A DNA stretch of 48,877 bases from an uncultured Isosphaeraceae bacterium (GCA_964602215.1 CAZRPZ010000045.1:1-48877); one strand, 5' to 3'. Positions 19,301 to 29,932 are shown, counted from the stretch's first letter. Made by a program: numbers and translations. The notes: generated from the sequence alone by a model not told the origin.

Positions 19301-20482
19301 ATGGCTGCGATCGAACTTACCTCATATATTCTCGGTTTTGTAAATGTTGTATCACTCTGCCTATGGCTAGGGATTGCATATCGACTATATGTTATGGCAC
19401 GTTCGAAATCAACCATTCGTGAAGGCCTTCAGTTGCCAATTCCACAAGATGTCTCTGTAAGTATCGTTGTTCCTGCGCATAATGAAGATCGTGTGATTGA
19501 TCGATGCGCTACGTCTCTGCGCAATCAATCACACTCAAATATTCAAATTATTTTTGTGCTAGACCGCTGCTCAGATCTTACCCTTGAAATTCTACAGAAG
19601 CATGCAACAGAAGATGACAGGATTACTATTGTCGAAAATAGTGACTGCCCCGAAGATTGGGCAGGGAAGTGCAATGCAGCTCGGCTTGGTGCAGAACGAG
19701 CAACTGGGGATTGGTTGCTGTTTACAGATGCTGATACACAGTTCGATTCAGATCTTGTCCGTTTTTCAGTTGCATCAGCAATCAAGCGAAACGCATCCTT
19801 GCTGAGTATTCTTAGTTCGCTCACAATCACAAAAACATTCGAGAAGATTGTTCAACCGATTGCTGGGACGTTTCTTGTTCGGCAATTCCCTGTCGATCGG
19901 ATCAATAGGGAACACCGTTCCAGACCATTTGCCAACGGCCAATTTTTGCTTTTTGAAAGAAGCACCTATGAATCGATAGGCGGGCACAATGCAGTGAAAG
20001 ATGATTTGCTTGAAGACATAGCATTTGCTCGAGTGATACATGCCAATGGAGGCAAAGTTCAAATGTTGTTTGCAGATGGATTTCTTCGGTGTTCAATGTA
20101 TCCGACATTTGAAGCCTTCAAGACAGGGTGGAAACGTATTTATATTGAAGCAAGTACTCGAAATGTAAATCGTTTACGTCGTAGCGGCGTGCTTGCAATT
20201 ATTGTTTCGATTCTATTGCCAGTTGCAGGTGTGGCTGGAGTAGTTGTTGGTGTTGATCAATCTGCATTTCTATATTGGCTATCAATTGCTTCTCTCTTGT
20301 CATGTGCCTTTGTAATAGGGTGGTTGTACAAAATGAATAATGCCCCGATTGTGTATGGGGTGTTCGCCCCGATAGGCGGTTTGGTTGTTGCGAAATTATT
20401 TTTTGATGCCGCTTCAATGTTAAAACACAGAAAACCAATTCACTGGGGTGGACGAGAATATATATTGGAGCCAAAATCATGA
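19301..20482 (+). CDS. Membrane glycosyltransferase, family 2
   Basis: SIVVPAHNED, LFTDADT (DxD) and flanking TM segments. Confidence 0.8.
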   Translation: MAAIELTSYILGFVNVVSLCLWLGIAYRLYVMARSKSTIREGLQLPIPQDVSVSIVVPAHNEDRVIDRCATSLRNQSHSNIQIIFVLDRCSDLTLEILQKHATEDDRITIVENSDCPEDWAGKCNAARLGAERATGDWLLFTDADTQFDSDLVRFSVASAIKRNASLLSILSSLTITKTFEKIVQPIAGTFLVRQFPVDRINREHRSRPFANGQFLLFERSTYESIGGHNAVKDDLLEDIAFARVIHANGGKVQMLFADGFLRCSMYPTFEAFKTGWKRIYIEASTRNVNRLRRSGVLAIIVSILLPVAGVAGVVVGVDQSAFLYWLSIASLLSCAFVIGWLYKMNNAPIVYGVFAPIGGLVVAKLFFDAASMLKHRKPIHWGGREYILEPKS

Positions 20483-21279
20483 AGCGTATTCTGCTTACAA
20501 ATGATGATGGTATTAGAGCACCGGGCATCATTGCTCTTCACAAAGCACTTGAGGGATTTGGTGAACTTGTTGTTTTTGCTCCTGAGACAGTGCAGTCTGC
20601 GATGAGTCATGGAATCACATACACGAAACCACTCATGACACAACGAGTAGAAGTTACCGATTCGATGACCGGCATTGCTGTGGATGGACGACCTGCAGAT
20701 TGTGTAAAACTCGCAATGCGAGCATTGTGGGAAGAACAATTTGGCGAAGGTGAAAAGCCCGATCTTACAATCAGCGGGATGAATAGTGGGGCGAATGTTG
20801 GAATCAACATTATTTACTCAGGCACAGTAGCAGCTGCAATCGAATCAGCATTTTTGGGAGTGCCTGCAATTGCTGTTAGTTTATATTTAAAAAATCGAGA
20901 CAATATCTGCTACGACCGCGCTGCACAGATTGCAAGAACAATCATAGATCGCACTGTAGAACATGAACTTAAATTACATGAAGTGATTAATATCAATATT
21001 CCAGTTTGTGAATCATCAGACATGCCAATGCCCGAAGTAAAGGTTGTGGACATGAACGCAGCGGGTGATTTGGGACATTACGATAAGCGTGTGTCACCTG
21101 ATGGTCGAACGTATTATTGGGCTGCAGGGGACGGCATGTCATTTGCTCATACTGCAGAGGGCAGCGATGTCGAAGCTCTGAAGCAGGGGCACGCAACTGT
21201 AACACCTCTTAATTATGTACTCACCGATACAAGTCGCATGAACGTGTGGAAAGAAAGACTCGAAGGGGTCATTCAGTAG
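20479..21279 (+). CDS. surE: 5'/3'-nucleotidase SurE
   Basis: ILLTNDDGIRAPGI and SGMNSGANVG motifs. ATGA overlap with the GT2 gene. Confidence 0.93.
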   Translation: MKRILLTNDDGIRAPGIIALHKALEGFGELVVFAPETVQSAMSHGITYTKPLMTQRVEVTDSMTGIAVDGRPADCVKLAMRALWEEQFGEGEKPDLTISGMNSGANVGINIIYSGTVAAAIESAFLGVPAIAVSLYLKNRDNICYDRAAQIARTIIDRTVEHELKLHEVININIPVCESSDMPMPEVKVVDMNAAGDLGHYDKRVSPDGRTYYWAAGDGMSFAHTAEGSDVEALKQGHATVTPLNYVLTDTSRMNVWKERLEGVIQ

Positions 21280-21318
21280 TTTATTTGTACTAATGACAAC
21301 CCCCCCCTTAGTAACTCT

Positions 21319-22188
21319 TCATTCCGAAAATGTAATATGGATTGTGATGTTAATCGTTTCTTCATCTTCAAGTGCTTCGATTCTGTCACCAGAAGCCCTC
21401 CATCGATACAAACTTGCTTCAAGTGTTCGATCAATTGAACTACTTCCAGTGCTAAACAAAATTTTGACACTCTTTGGTCTCCCATTATTGCCAATTTGCA
21501 ACTCCGCAACTAGATCGCTTGGTGCATTCGTAACGAGTTGATTTGCTGTGAAAGAAGGTCTTCTTGGTCGAAGCACGATTCCCTCTGTCGCGAGAGGTTT
21601 ACCCTTTTTCCATTGATCAGGAGAAATTTTTACAATTGATGTCGCTTCAGAGTCCCGATCAGATGGGCTTCCATCGGTAGGAACAATTGCAATTTCACTA
21701 GAAGTGGGAACAACGGCAGATGTTTCTTCCTGCTCTATTTCCACAACTTCGTTTGAGGGGGTTGTGATTTCAATTCCTTGAAGTATTTCAAGAAATTGCG
21801 ATGCCATCTCAGTAAATGGTTTTGAAATTTCTTGAAGCGAAGTGATTGCTGCGACCGTTTGATTGAGATTTGCAACATCAGTATCAATTTTCATATCAGC
21901 TTGTTCAATATGTGCGAATCGAGCGCGTTGTTCCTCGTATTCTTCATACCCAATCCAAGTTAAGGTTGACTCTTTTGAGTTGTCGATGCCCAATTCGATT
22001 TCCGGTTTTTCAGTAGAAGGTGTTTTGAGGTGTGTTGCTTTTGCAGGCGGAAGATATGCCATTGGTGGTTTCTTTGCATATACAACAGGTAAAATTACTA
22101 GGTGTAAACCAATCGAAAGAAATAGAGCAACAAGAATAACAACGTTTTCACGGAGAATCATTTGTTGTTTCCTTTTGCTTAGGTGCAC
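21319..22188 (-). CDS. TonB-family energy transducer-like protein
   Basis: N-terminal TM (VVILVALFLSIGLHLVILPVV), a low-complexity linker, and a C-terminal TonB_C-like segment AELQIGNNGRPKSVKILFSTGSSSIDRTLEASLYRWRASG. Overlaps the end of exbD. Confidence 0.6.
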   Translation of the reverse strand: MHLSKRKQQMILRENVVILVALFLSIGLHLVILPVVYAKKPPMAYLPPAKATHLKTPSTEKPEIELGIDNSKESTLTWIGYEEYEEQRARFAHIEQADMKIDTDVANLNQTVAAITSLQEISKPFTEMASQFLEILQGIEITTPSNEVVEIEQEETSAVVPTSSEIAIVPTDGSPSDRDSEATSIVKISPDQWKKGKPLATEGIVLRPRRPSFTANQLVTNAPSDLVAELQIGNNGRPKSVKILFSTGSSSIDRTLEASLYRWRASGDRIEALEDEETINITIHITFSE

Positions 22189-22588
22189 CCACTAAAAATA
22201 TTTCTGCACCTTCATGTCGCAATCTATCCCACGTTCCTGTTAATAATGGTCCTCGATCAAGTGTAGCTTCCCCGTCTTCAACTACAACATAAATTGCAGC
22301 ATTTTGTTTCTCTTCAAGTTCTTGTCGTACAGCAGCAACTACGCCATCGAGTCCTACGACTGATTTGTTGACGTAAATGTTCCCATCTATAGCAATCGTG
22401 ACAGAAATTGTCGGTCGCGGTTCCGCAGGAGTACCAGAGGTATACGATTCAAGTGGAACCGGAAGCACCTCAGCTCGCACCATTAGAACCATTGCATAAA
22501 TAAAGAAAGTCAAGAGCAAAAAAACCACATCGATGAGTGGCAAAATCTCAACGCGGGTTTCATGTTCACTGCGACGGATGGGTCGCAT
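22148..22588 (-). CDS. exbD: Biopolymer transport protein ExbD/TolR
   Basis: VEILPLIDVVFLLLTFFI signature TM region followed by a periplasmic domain. 146 aa. Confidence 0.85.
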   Translation of the reverse strand: MRPIRRSEHETRVEILPLIDVVFLLLTFFIYAMVLMVRAEVLPVPLESYTSGTPAEPRPTISVTIAIDGNIYVNKSVVGLDGVVAAVRQELEEKQNAAIYVVVEDGEATLDRGPLLTGTWDRLRHEGAEIFLVGAPKQKETTNDSP

Positions 22589-22591
22589 CTA

Positions 22592-22933
22592 TCATTCCTC
22601 AAATGTAAGGCTTGCGAGTGCGACAGGTGTATTTTCAATAAACTCAAAGACTTGGTCTAAGCCAGTTGCAAGCATTGTTGACCAGATTGAATCAGAAATA
22701 TTGCAAATAATCATCCGCCGATCTTTTGTGTGAAGGAGTTTTTTAATTTCAATCAATGCACCAAGATTTGATGAGTTTAAGTTTGAAACATTTTGTAAAT
22801 CGATGACTGTGTGGTGGAATGATGCGTTCTCGTTTTTAAGGTTAGAAAGCACTGCATCTGTGTCTTCAGAGAAATCCGGCTCGTCAAGCAGTTCAAGGAT
22901 AAGAATGTCATCGTTCCACTGGTTTAATGTCAT
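22592..22933 (-). CDS. STAS-domain protein (anti-sigma-factor-antagonist-like)
   Basis: 113 aa, soluble. The pattern VIDLQNVSNLNSSNLGALIEIKKLL...RMIICNISDSIWSTMLATGLDQVFEF fits the STAS fold. Called from sequence pattern only. Confidence 0.55.
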   Translation of the reverse strand: MTLNQWNDDILILELLDEPDFSEDTDAVLSNLKNENASFHHTVIDLQNVSNLNSSNLGALIEIKKLLHTKDRRMIICNISDSIWSTMLATGLDQVFEFIENTPVALASLTFEE

Positions 22934-22968
22934 ACTGCAAGGATACAGTATTTAGCCATCAGTTGGAA

Positions 22969-25581
22969 TCACGATGTAGCGGGAATTTCCGACTCGATGG
23001 TTGTATCAATTGCTTCTATTTTTGCTGCGGCAATTAATCGATCGCCATCTTTAAGGTTGACTACCCTAACGCCCTTGGTATTTCGACCTATCGTGCTAAT
23101 ATCACTTGCTGGAATTCGAACAAGCATGCCCTTGGCGGTGATGAACATCAAACTGTCGTTATCCCGAACCGCTCGTATATCCGCAACAAGCCCATTTCGA
23201 TCATCGGTTTTAATGTCCCTTCGACCCTTACCGCCCCGTGACTGCGCCCGCTTTGAACCATCTTCACTGTGAACAAGATACTCAAGCATCGGAGTTCTCT
23301 TGCCGTACCCGTTTTCAGTCATGGTCATCAGATCCATATCATCTTCTGCAAGAACAGCACCTACAACGCAGTCGCCTTCAGCAAGATTAATCCCCTTTAC
23401 ACCTGCGGCAGTTCTTCCCATGAGCCGTGCGTCACCCTCTTCAAACCGAATAGACATACCTTGCGAAGTACCCATCAACACATGGCAGTTTCCATCAGTC
23501 TTAATCACATCAACAAGGGAATCGCCATCGTTTAAACGAATGGCATGGATCCCACCGCGATTAACATTTCGGTATTCAGCAACCGCAGTTCGCTTGATTC
23601 GACCCATCGATGTTACAAAGACAAGATTATCTTGGCATGTGTCAAACTCTTTAATGTTCCGAAGGGTGACAATGTTCTCGCCATCTTTGAGGTTCAATAA
23701 ATTCACAATCGCGCGGCCGCGACTTGTTCGTGTTGCTTCAGGTATCTGGTAGACCTTTAATCGAAATACTCGACCCGAATCGGTAAAGCAGAGCAGGTCA
23801 TCATGTGTAGATGCGACAAAAATGTGTTCAATAAAGTCATCTTCTTTTGTTTCGCCACCTTTGATGCCACGTCCACCCCGACCCTGTTCTCGGAATGTGT
23901 CGGTAGGTAGTCTTTTGACGTACCCATGGTGTGAAATTGTGACACACACATCATGTTCAGGAATAAGTGCGCCAAAATCACAGGTGTCATCTTCACTTTC
24001 AACAAAGCCAGTCATGCGATCGGTTGCATACTTATCTTTCAATTCAATGCAATCTTCTCGAATGATGTCAAGCACCCTTCGTTCATCAGAGAGGATGGCG
24101 TTGTAGTCATCAATTTTTTCAAGAAGCTCAGCGTATTCGCTAGTTAACTTTTCAATCTCAAGACCAACAAGTTGAATCAAACGTAATGCGCCTATGGCAT
24201 CCGCTTGGAGTTTGGAAAGTGAAACGCCATCTTTAGCAGTTTCAATTAATCGTTTCGCGATGAATTTTGCGTACTCATGTTTTTCGGGAATACAAAATTC
24301 TCTCTCCATGAGTTTGTCAATTGCTTCTTCCCGTGTTCGACTTCCACGAATAAGGGCTATGACTTCGTCGATATCACAGACTGCGTAAATCAATCCTTCA
24401 AGTCGGTGTGCTGCCTTGCTTGCTTCTCGAAGTAAAAATTCAGTTCGCCTTCGTATAACATCACGGCGATGGTCAATCCAACAATCAATGAGCCCACGGA
24501 TGCCAAGAGTTTGTGGGCGGTTATTGACAAGAGCGATGTTAATCACCGACACGGTCGATTGAAGTGGGGTGTATTTATATAGTTGTCGTTCAACCACATC
24601 TGGGTCAGCGCCTCGTTTGAGGTAAACCACAATTCGAGTTCGCCACTTCTTCCCAGAGAAGTTTTTGATGTCAGAAATGTCAGTAATGCGGCCGTTCTTG
24701 GCGCAATCGACAATTTTTTCGATCAAATTATTTTGGACGAGTTGATATGGAATTTCGTCAATAACAATCGCTTCGCGTTTGCCAATTGTTTCATGGTGAA
24801 CCCGACCGCGAACTTGTAATTTCCCTCTTCCTGTACCGTAAGCGTCGATTATGCCCTGTTTTCCGACAACAAGCCCGCCAGTTGGGAAATCTGGGCCTTT
24901 GACGATGTCGAGTATCTTAGGGAGTTCAATTTCAGGGTTATCGATGGTGGCAACGATGGCATCGCAAATTTCACCGACATTGTGTGGTGGCATGGAACAA
25001 GACATTCCAACTGCGATACCACTTGAACCATTCACAAGTAAATTTGGAAATTTTCCCGGCAGAACGGTTGGTTCTTGTCTAGTTTCATCATAGTTTGGTT
25101 TGAAATCGACAGTCCCTAGTTTGATGTCATCTAACATCGAGACAGCAGCTGCTGTCATACGAGCTTCGGTGTACCGCATTGCAGCGGGTGGATCACCATC
25201 AATCGAACCGAAGTTTCCTTGCTTGTCCACAAGCATGACCCGCATCTTCCAATTTTGTCCCATGTTGACGAGTGTTGGATAGATGACAGACTCACCATGT
25301 GGGTGATAGTTACCCGACGTATCACCGGCGATTTTTGCACACTTTCGATGCTTGCGTCCGGGTGATAAATTCAAGTCATGCATCGCCACAAGGATGCGTC
25401 GCTGAGAGGGTTTAAGACCATCGCGTACATCAGGAAGGGCGCGATCCATGATGGTTGACATGGCGTATGTCAAGTAGCTGTCGTGCAACTCACGTTCAAT
25501 AAGTTGGTCAATTACTTCGCCGATGTTGTTTTCAACTTCATCGTTTGTCGCGTCTTGATTCTGTTCTGGGGTATCGCTCAT
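22969..25581 (-). CDS. gyrA: DNA gyrase subunit A
   Basis: 870 aa. YAMSTIMDRALPDVRDGLKPSQRRIL, AAMRYTEARM, and C-terminal beta-pinwheel repeats. Confidence 0.97.
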   Translation of the reverse strand: MSDTPEQNQDATNDEVENNIGEVIDQLIERELHDSYLTYAMSTIMDRALPDVRDGLKPSQRRILVAMHDLNLSPGRKHRKCAKIAGDTSGNYHPHGESVIYPTLVNMGQNWKMRVMLVDKQGNFGSIDGDPPAAMRYTEARMTAAAVSMLDDIKLGTVDFKPNYDETRQEPTVLPGKFPNLLVNGSSGIAVGMSCSMPPHNVGEICDAIVATIDNPEIELPKILDIVKGPDFPTGGLVVGKQGIIDAYGTGRGKLQVRGRVHHETIGKREAIVIDEIPYQLVQNNLIEKIVDCAKNGRITDISDIKNFSGKKWRTRIVVYLKRGADPDVVERQLYKYTPLQSTVSVINIALVNNRPQTLGIRGLIDCWIDHRRDVIRRRTEFLLREASKAAHRLEGLIYAVCDIDEVIALIRGSRTREEAIDKLMEREFCIPEKHEYAKFIAKRLIETAKDGVSLSKLQADAIGALRLIQLVGLEIEKLTSEYAELLEKIDDYNAILSDERRVLDIIREDCIELKDKYATDRMTGFVESEDDTCDFGALIPEHDVCVTISHHGYVKRLPTDTFREQGRGGRGIKGGETKEDDFIEHIFVASTHDDLLCFTDSGRVFRLKVYQIPEATRTSRGRAIVNLLNLKDGENIVTLRNIKEFDTCQDNLVFVTSMGRIKRTAVAEYRNVNRGGIHAIRLNDGDSLVDVIKTDGNCHVLMGTSQGMSIRFEEGDARLMGRTAAGVKGINLAEGDCVVGAVLAEDDMDLMTMTENGYGKRTPMLEYLVHSEDGSKRAQSRGGKGRRDIKTDDRNGLVADIRAVRDNDSLMFITAKGMLVRIPASDISTIGRNTKGVRVVNLKDGDRLIAAAKIEAIDTTIESEIPATS

Positions 25582-25647
25582 CGAGTCCTTAATAAGACCA
25601 CATATTGTACCCTAGGAACGGTCGTTTCGCACCTGATTGATAAGTAT

Positions 25648-26232
25648 TCAACCGAGACGTAAGAGAAGTAAATACTCTCGATTTCCAACCCCTTTTTTGC
25701 TTGACTTTTTGCCTTTGATTGGAGAGAGTGTTTCTCCAATAATTTCTAAATGAAGAGAAGCACACGTCTGTTTAACGCGTTGCAAAATTCGTTCGGCGGC
25801 TTCTTCGGTTAACCCTTCACCCACAGATTCATGAATTTTCTCCTCTTCACTTAATTCATAGTGTGGTTTTACAAGTGAAATGATGTGCCCCTTGCTCAGC
25901 CACCGCATTCCTGCAGGCAATGCAAGTTTTTGAGGCGTCCAGCCCAAATCGATCGTAACTACATCGACACTTGAAGGGGGTTCAACGTGCAGTGCATTTG
26001 TGCGCTCAAGGGTAGTGACGCGTTCATCGTTTCGCAACTTCCAGGCAAGGGTGCCATATCCAGTATCGACGGCGTATACATGTGTTGCACCACGTTGCAA
26101 AAGGCAATCGGTAAAACCGCCAACATTACACCCCAAATCAGCGCAAGTTACACCAGCGACATCAACATCAAATGTTTGTAGCGCGTGTTCAAGTTTCAAT
26201 CCTGCTCTTGAAACGAAGGGAGACTCACTCAT
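25648..26232 (-). CDS. tlyA: TlyA-family (FtsJ-like) rRNA 2'-O-methyltransferase
   Basis: VSRAGLKLEHAL...CADLGCNVGGFTDCLLQRGATHVYAVDTGYGTLAWKLRND. The track ORF runs to 26334. The ATG at 26232 gives an 8-nt ATGAGTGA overlap with the lpxI stop and a family-typical N-terminus. No S4 domain. Confidence 0.8.
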   Translation of the reverse strand: MSESPFVSRAGLKLEHALQTFDVDVAGVTCADLGCNVGGFTDCLLQRGATHVYAVDTGYGTLAWKLRNDERVTTLERTNALHVEPPSSVDVVTIDLGWTPQKLALPAGMRWLSKGHIISLVKPHYELSEEEKIHESVGEGLTEEAAERILQRVKQTCASLHLEIIGETLSPIKGKKSSKKGVGNREYLLLLRLG

Positions 26233-27082
26233 TAGAAACGCCAACGAGTGCAACACCTGCGTTGTTTGCTGCAGTGATGACAGCGGGGGCGTCAAGCAAA
26301 ATGACTCGACCTGTACCAACAGCGATGCACCCACAACCAGCGCTGGAAACTTGCTCTATTGTCTTGGTGCCAATTGAGGGAACGTCAGCTCGCATGTCAT
26401 GGTCTTCCGCTGCGGTTTTAAGAAGTGTCCATCCACTCCTTTTACAAAGTGACCCAGCGCGTTCAATAAGTGCAGCGGTCCCTTCGATGGCCTCAACGGC
26501 AAGTACATCACCATCACGGACAGCAATTGATTGTCCAATATGTAGGGCTGCACTTTGGGTAAGTAATGGCCAACCAAAGTCAATGTCTTCAAGTTGTTTT
26601 GCACTTGGTGAAACATTTCCGAGCACGCCGGTTCCTGCGAGATGTTCTGGAATATGTGTGGTTGAATCGATGAGAGTAACTCCTGATTTTTGCAATTCAT
26701 CTGCAATTGCTGCAAGAACTGTAGCATCCCTTCGGTCTGACCGCAGACGGCGATACCAAAGAACTAACGACGTCAAATCGGGCATTAGGCGAAGTACAGT
26801 AAAGGGGTCATGCATGACGGTTTTTCCGACACCACCAACCATGACCGTGTCATGGGCACCCCATTTTTTGAGTAACCGGACCCACCGTCCAATACGAGCC
26901 ATACCTGCGTATGAAAAAGTGTCACACTCACCCTCAAGTTCCGGAATACATTGCCCTCGAAGACCGACACAACAAACATGAAAACCAGCACCGCGAGCAC
27001 TCTTTGCCACAATGATTGGCAGGATACCATTCCCCGCAATCATTCCAAGTATTGGTTTCTCATTGGTCATCATGCATATCAT
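26225..27082 (-). CDS. lpxI: UDP-2,3-diacylglucosamine pyrophosphatase LpxI (DUF1009)
   Basis: LGMIAGNGILPIIVAK..., AVEAIEGTAALIERAG and a GCGCIAVGTGRVILLD-type C-terminus are typical of LpxI. Confidence 0.85.
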   Translation of the reverse strand: MICMMTNEKPILGMIAGNGILPIIVAKSARGAGFHVCCVGLRGQCIPELEGECDTFSYAGMARIGRWVRLLKKWGAHDTVMVGGVGKTVMHDPFTVLRLMPDLTSLVLWYRRLRSDRRDATVLAAIADELQKSGVTLIDSTTHIPEHLAGTGVLGNVSPSAKQLEDIDFGWPLLTQSAALHIGQSIAVRDGDVLAVEAIEGTAALIERAGSLCKRSGWTLLKTAAEDHDMRADVPSIGTKTIEQVSSAGCGCIAVGTGRVILLDAPAVITAANNAGVALVGVSNE

Positions 27083-27138
27083 AAACCTTTTGATTGTTTT
27101 GTATCCGGTTAATCTGTCGACCTCTGGTGATACATAAA

Positions 27139-27723
27139 TTATCCATGCATGGGTAAGATATCTTCGGGCGGGGGTTGAGAGACTTCTGTGGATGTGATGT
27201 GGTGCAGAACAGTTTCAGGGTTATCATCGATGTACATCAAATCGCGAAGGGCGGGGCGAATAAACTTAAGTTCAATGCCATGATCGAGCATTTCAATCAA
27301 GGGGTTAAAATATCCATCCACGTTCACAATACCAATTGGTTTTGAGTGGTCATTTAATTGTCTACCCACAAGCACTTCAAACAGTTCTTCGTACGTGCCA
27401 ATACCACCCGGAAGTACGATAAACGCATCACCTTTCTCCATCATCAATGTTCGCCGCTCTTGCATTGTGTCTACCACAATCAATTCATCGCACGATTCGT
27501 TTGCCTGTTCATGCCCAACAAGTTTGTGTGTAATCACTCCCAAAACCGTTGCGCCGTGCTTCGCAGCACTTGTTGCAACTTCGCCCATTAATCCGATGCA
27601 ACCTCCACCATAGACAAGAGTAAAATTTTTCTCGCCCAATCCCCTGCCAATTGCTTCAGCTGCTTCATGATATGAAGCATCAAGTTGTGTTGAGGAACCG
27701 CAATACACAGTGACGGCATTCAT
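27139..27723 (-). CDS. LOG-family nucleotide 5'-monophosphate nucleosidase (TIGR00730-type)
   Basis: VYGGGCIGLMG and PGGIGTYEELFE motifs. ATGA overlap with the upstream dsbD-like gene. Confidence 0.9.
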   Translation of the reverse strand: MNAVTVYCGSSTQLDASYHEAAEAIGRGLGEKNFTLVYGGGCIGLMGEVATSAAKHGATVLGVITHKLVGHEQANESCDELIVVDTMQERRTLMMEKGDAFIVLPGGIGTYEELFEVLVGRQLNDHSKPIGIVNVDGYFNPLIEMLDHGIELKFIRPALRDLMYIDDNPETVLHHITSTEVSQPPPEDILPMHG

Positions 27724-29666
27724 TCTCCCGTTCTCGATTTTTTAATCGCCTCTAATACTTGATCAACAGTGTAAAAATCGCCGCGAAAATCCTCTTCGCC
27801 ATCTGGACCCATGATAATCAACAGGGGTATTCGTAATCCACCAACGTCATTAAGCAACTTATTCCCTAAAACATTGTTTCCGGTTAAATCAACCTTGATT
27901 GGCGTGACGTCATCTGCTGAGAATGCTTCAACAACCCTTGGGCTGTGTAGCACTGTGCTTTCAAGTAATTTGCAATTCAAACACCACTCCGCTGTGAACT
28001 CAATTACAACAACATCGCCTTCGTCAAGTTTTTCTTTTAGTGTTTCTGGTGAGTAGTATTCCCAATCAATTGGACCGTCTTCAGTTAACCGAGTTCCAGC
28101 GAGGATTGAGGCGATGGTTATCATTACACCAAGGAGCGTAAACACAATCCGCGAGGGAGTTTTCTTAGCAATACTGAGTGTCCTCCAAGATAGCCAAAGT
28201 CCCGCTGAAGCAACACAAGCCGCAACTACCCACAAATACAATCTTGATGGTGGGGCACCCTCTTGTTGCATGAAACCACTTAACCCCACGCCTATAAAAT
28301 ACGCTGCTGCTGCAAGCATCAACAATCCCATCACTTGTTTGATTACTTCACTGGCAGCACCTGCTTTTGGCATTTTTTCAACAAGATGCGGGAATGCTGC
28401 AAGAATTAAATATGGGACCGCCATACCAAAGCCAATAGCCCCAAACACTGTAAGTGTGACAATTGCAGATTGTGTTGCTGCCCATGCAGCAGCTGCACCC
28501 ATAAATGGTGCAGTGCACGGTGTAGAAAGTACAGCAGTCATCACCCCAAACAAAAACGAGCCAAAGAATGAATCTTGTTTTGGATTGATCGTATAGACGA
28601 CGTTCGGAAGTCGAATGGAAAACAATCCACCCATGCCAACTGCCATCACAGCGATGAATGCTCCGAGAACAATTGTAAACGCAGGGTATTGAAACATTTG
28701 ATTAATTGCAGTAAACCCTGCAACAAGTGCAATTGCAACACCAAGTCCAATCCACAGAGCCATCACGCCAAGCATCATCCATATACCAAGGATAAAAGTT
28801 TTTCTTCTATTGCCAGCGTGAGCACTAAGTCCCATGATTTTGATAGGAATCACCGGCAGAACGCATGGTGTTAAATTCAACAGAAAACCCCCACATGCGG
28901 CGACAAGAAGAAGGAGTAAAAAAGCACCCGTACCATTTGAATTTAACGTGAATGTAATGCCGAAGGCATCGAAATTGATTTTATCGTTTTGAGGAGCTTC
29001 AACACCTGCATGTATTTTTGTAAAGACCGTACTGTCAAATCCCGTAAACGTTTCAGACATCGCATTTGTAGATGCATTTACTGGACTTACGATATTCAAA
29101 TGTACTGTAATTCCATACTTGTCCCACTTCTCTTCCATTTCAGGCAAGGGAGTGGGTTGTAAACAAGAAGTGTCATCACATGTTTGAAAAACAGGTCGAA
29201 CCACAAAACTTGTTTCACCAAGTGGAGCATCTGCTGCGACAGTAATCGGCACAAACACAATAGCTCTCCCCCCAAAAACACCGTAGTCAACCGGTGCATC
29301 ACCGAATCCCACCTCAACAATCATGACTTCAGGCCACTGAATGTACCCATCATGAATCGTTATAGGTGAACCATCTGGTAATTCAAAGTACAGCTCTGTT
29401 GCGTAATAATATTCTGGGTCACCAAGTTCTTCGGGCACTTGGGGGTCATTCGTGTGCGAGTGCCAATGCTCATCGTGATCAAGTATGACTGCAAGAATTG
29501 CATCTCCACTAGGAGTGACAGCATTTGGAGTCACTTCAACCGAAACACCAACTTTATCCCTTGAATCGCGAAAATTACTCTGTTGGGCAAGAGTGGCTGA
29601 GGCAGTGAAAAGGCATATAAGGGCTAAAAATGGCGTTTTGAGTGGTCTCATCAGGAACCTAGGCAT
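27720..29666 (-). CDS. dsbD: DsbD-like thiol:disulfide interchange protein (N-terminal domain + CcdA-type membrane core + C-terminal thioredoxin)
   Basis: Signal peptide. Membrane-core motifs LTPCVLPVIP and STPCTAPFMG. C-terminal FTAEWCLNCK (CxxC). Confidence 0.85.
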   Translation of the reverse strand: MPRFLMRPLKTPFLALICLFTASATLAQQSNFRDSRDKVGVSVEVTPNAVTPSGDAILAVILDHDEHWHSHTNDPQVPEELGDPEYYYATELYFELPDGSPITIHDGYIQWPEVMIVEVGFGDAPVDYGVFGGRAIVFVPITVAADAPLGETSFVVRPVFQTCDDTSCLQPTPLPEMEEKWDKYGITVHLNIVSPVNASTNAMSETFTGFDSTVFTKIHAGVEAPQNDKINFDAFGITFTLNSNGTGAFLLLLLVAACGGFLLNLTPCVLPVIPIKIMGLSAHAGNRRKTFILGIWMMLGVMALWIGLGVAIALVAGFTAINQMFQYPAFTIVLGAFIAVMAVGMGGLFSIRLPNVVYTINPKQDSFFGSFLFGVMTAVLSTPCTAPFMGAAAAWAATQSAIVTLTVFGAIGFGMAVPYLILAAFPHLVEKMPKAGAASEVIKQVMGLLMLAAAAYFIGVGLSGFMQQEGAPPSRLYLWVVAACVASAGLWLSWRTLSIAKKTPSRIVFTLLGVMITIASILAGTRLTEDGPIDWEYYSPETLKEKLDEGDVVVIEFTAEWCLNCKLLESTVLHSPRVVEAFSADDVTPIKVDLTGNNVLGNKLLNDVGGLRIPLLIIMGPDGEEDFRGDFYTVDQVLEAIKKSRTGE

Positions 29667-29932
29667 ACTACGCGATTGGAGCTAGTTGCGTTCTTGGCAC
29701 GGTGAGAATACCCTGTACCGTTTCCCCCGTCATCTGCGTAGGTGACACCAGTTTAAAGAGGAGTGTAGTAATGATCCAGAGAGGATTTTTACAACTTTTT
29801 TCCAGTTATGACTGCTAATGGCGGTCATCCCGTGGCACTGAATCACCACCAAGGAGGTTCAGTCGTGATGTAAGTGTTTTGCTTACATCATGAATCGTGC
29901 ATTTTGCACATCCAACCATACATGGTTGGGCC

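Noticed and set aside
26172-26981. 269-aa plus-strand ORF antisense to lpxI; similar long antisense ORFs at 31503-32039 (in infB) and 14938-16023 (in clpC)
   Set aside because: The opposite strand carries strong family motifs in each case (LpxI, IF-2, ClpC). The antisense products are low-complexity Ser/Ala/Pro/Arg-rich shadow ORFs with no recognisable motifs.
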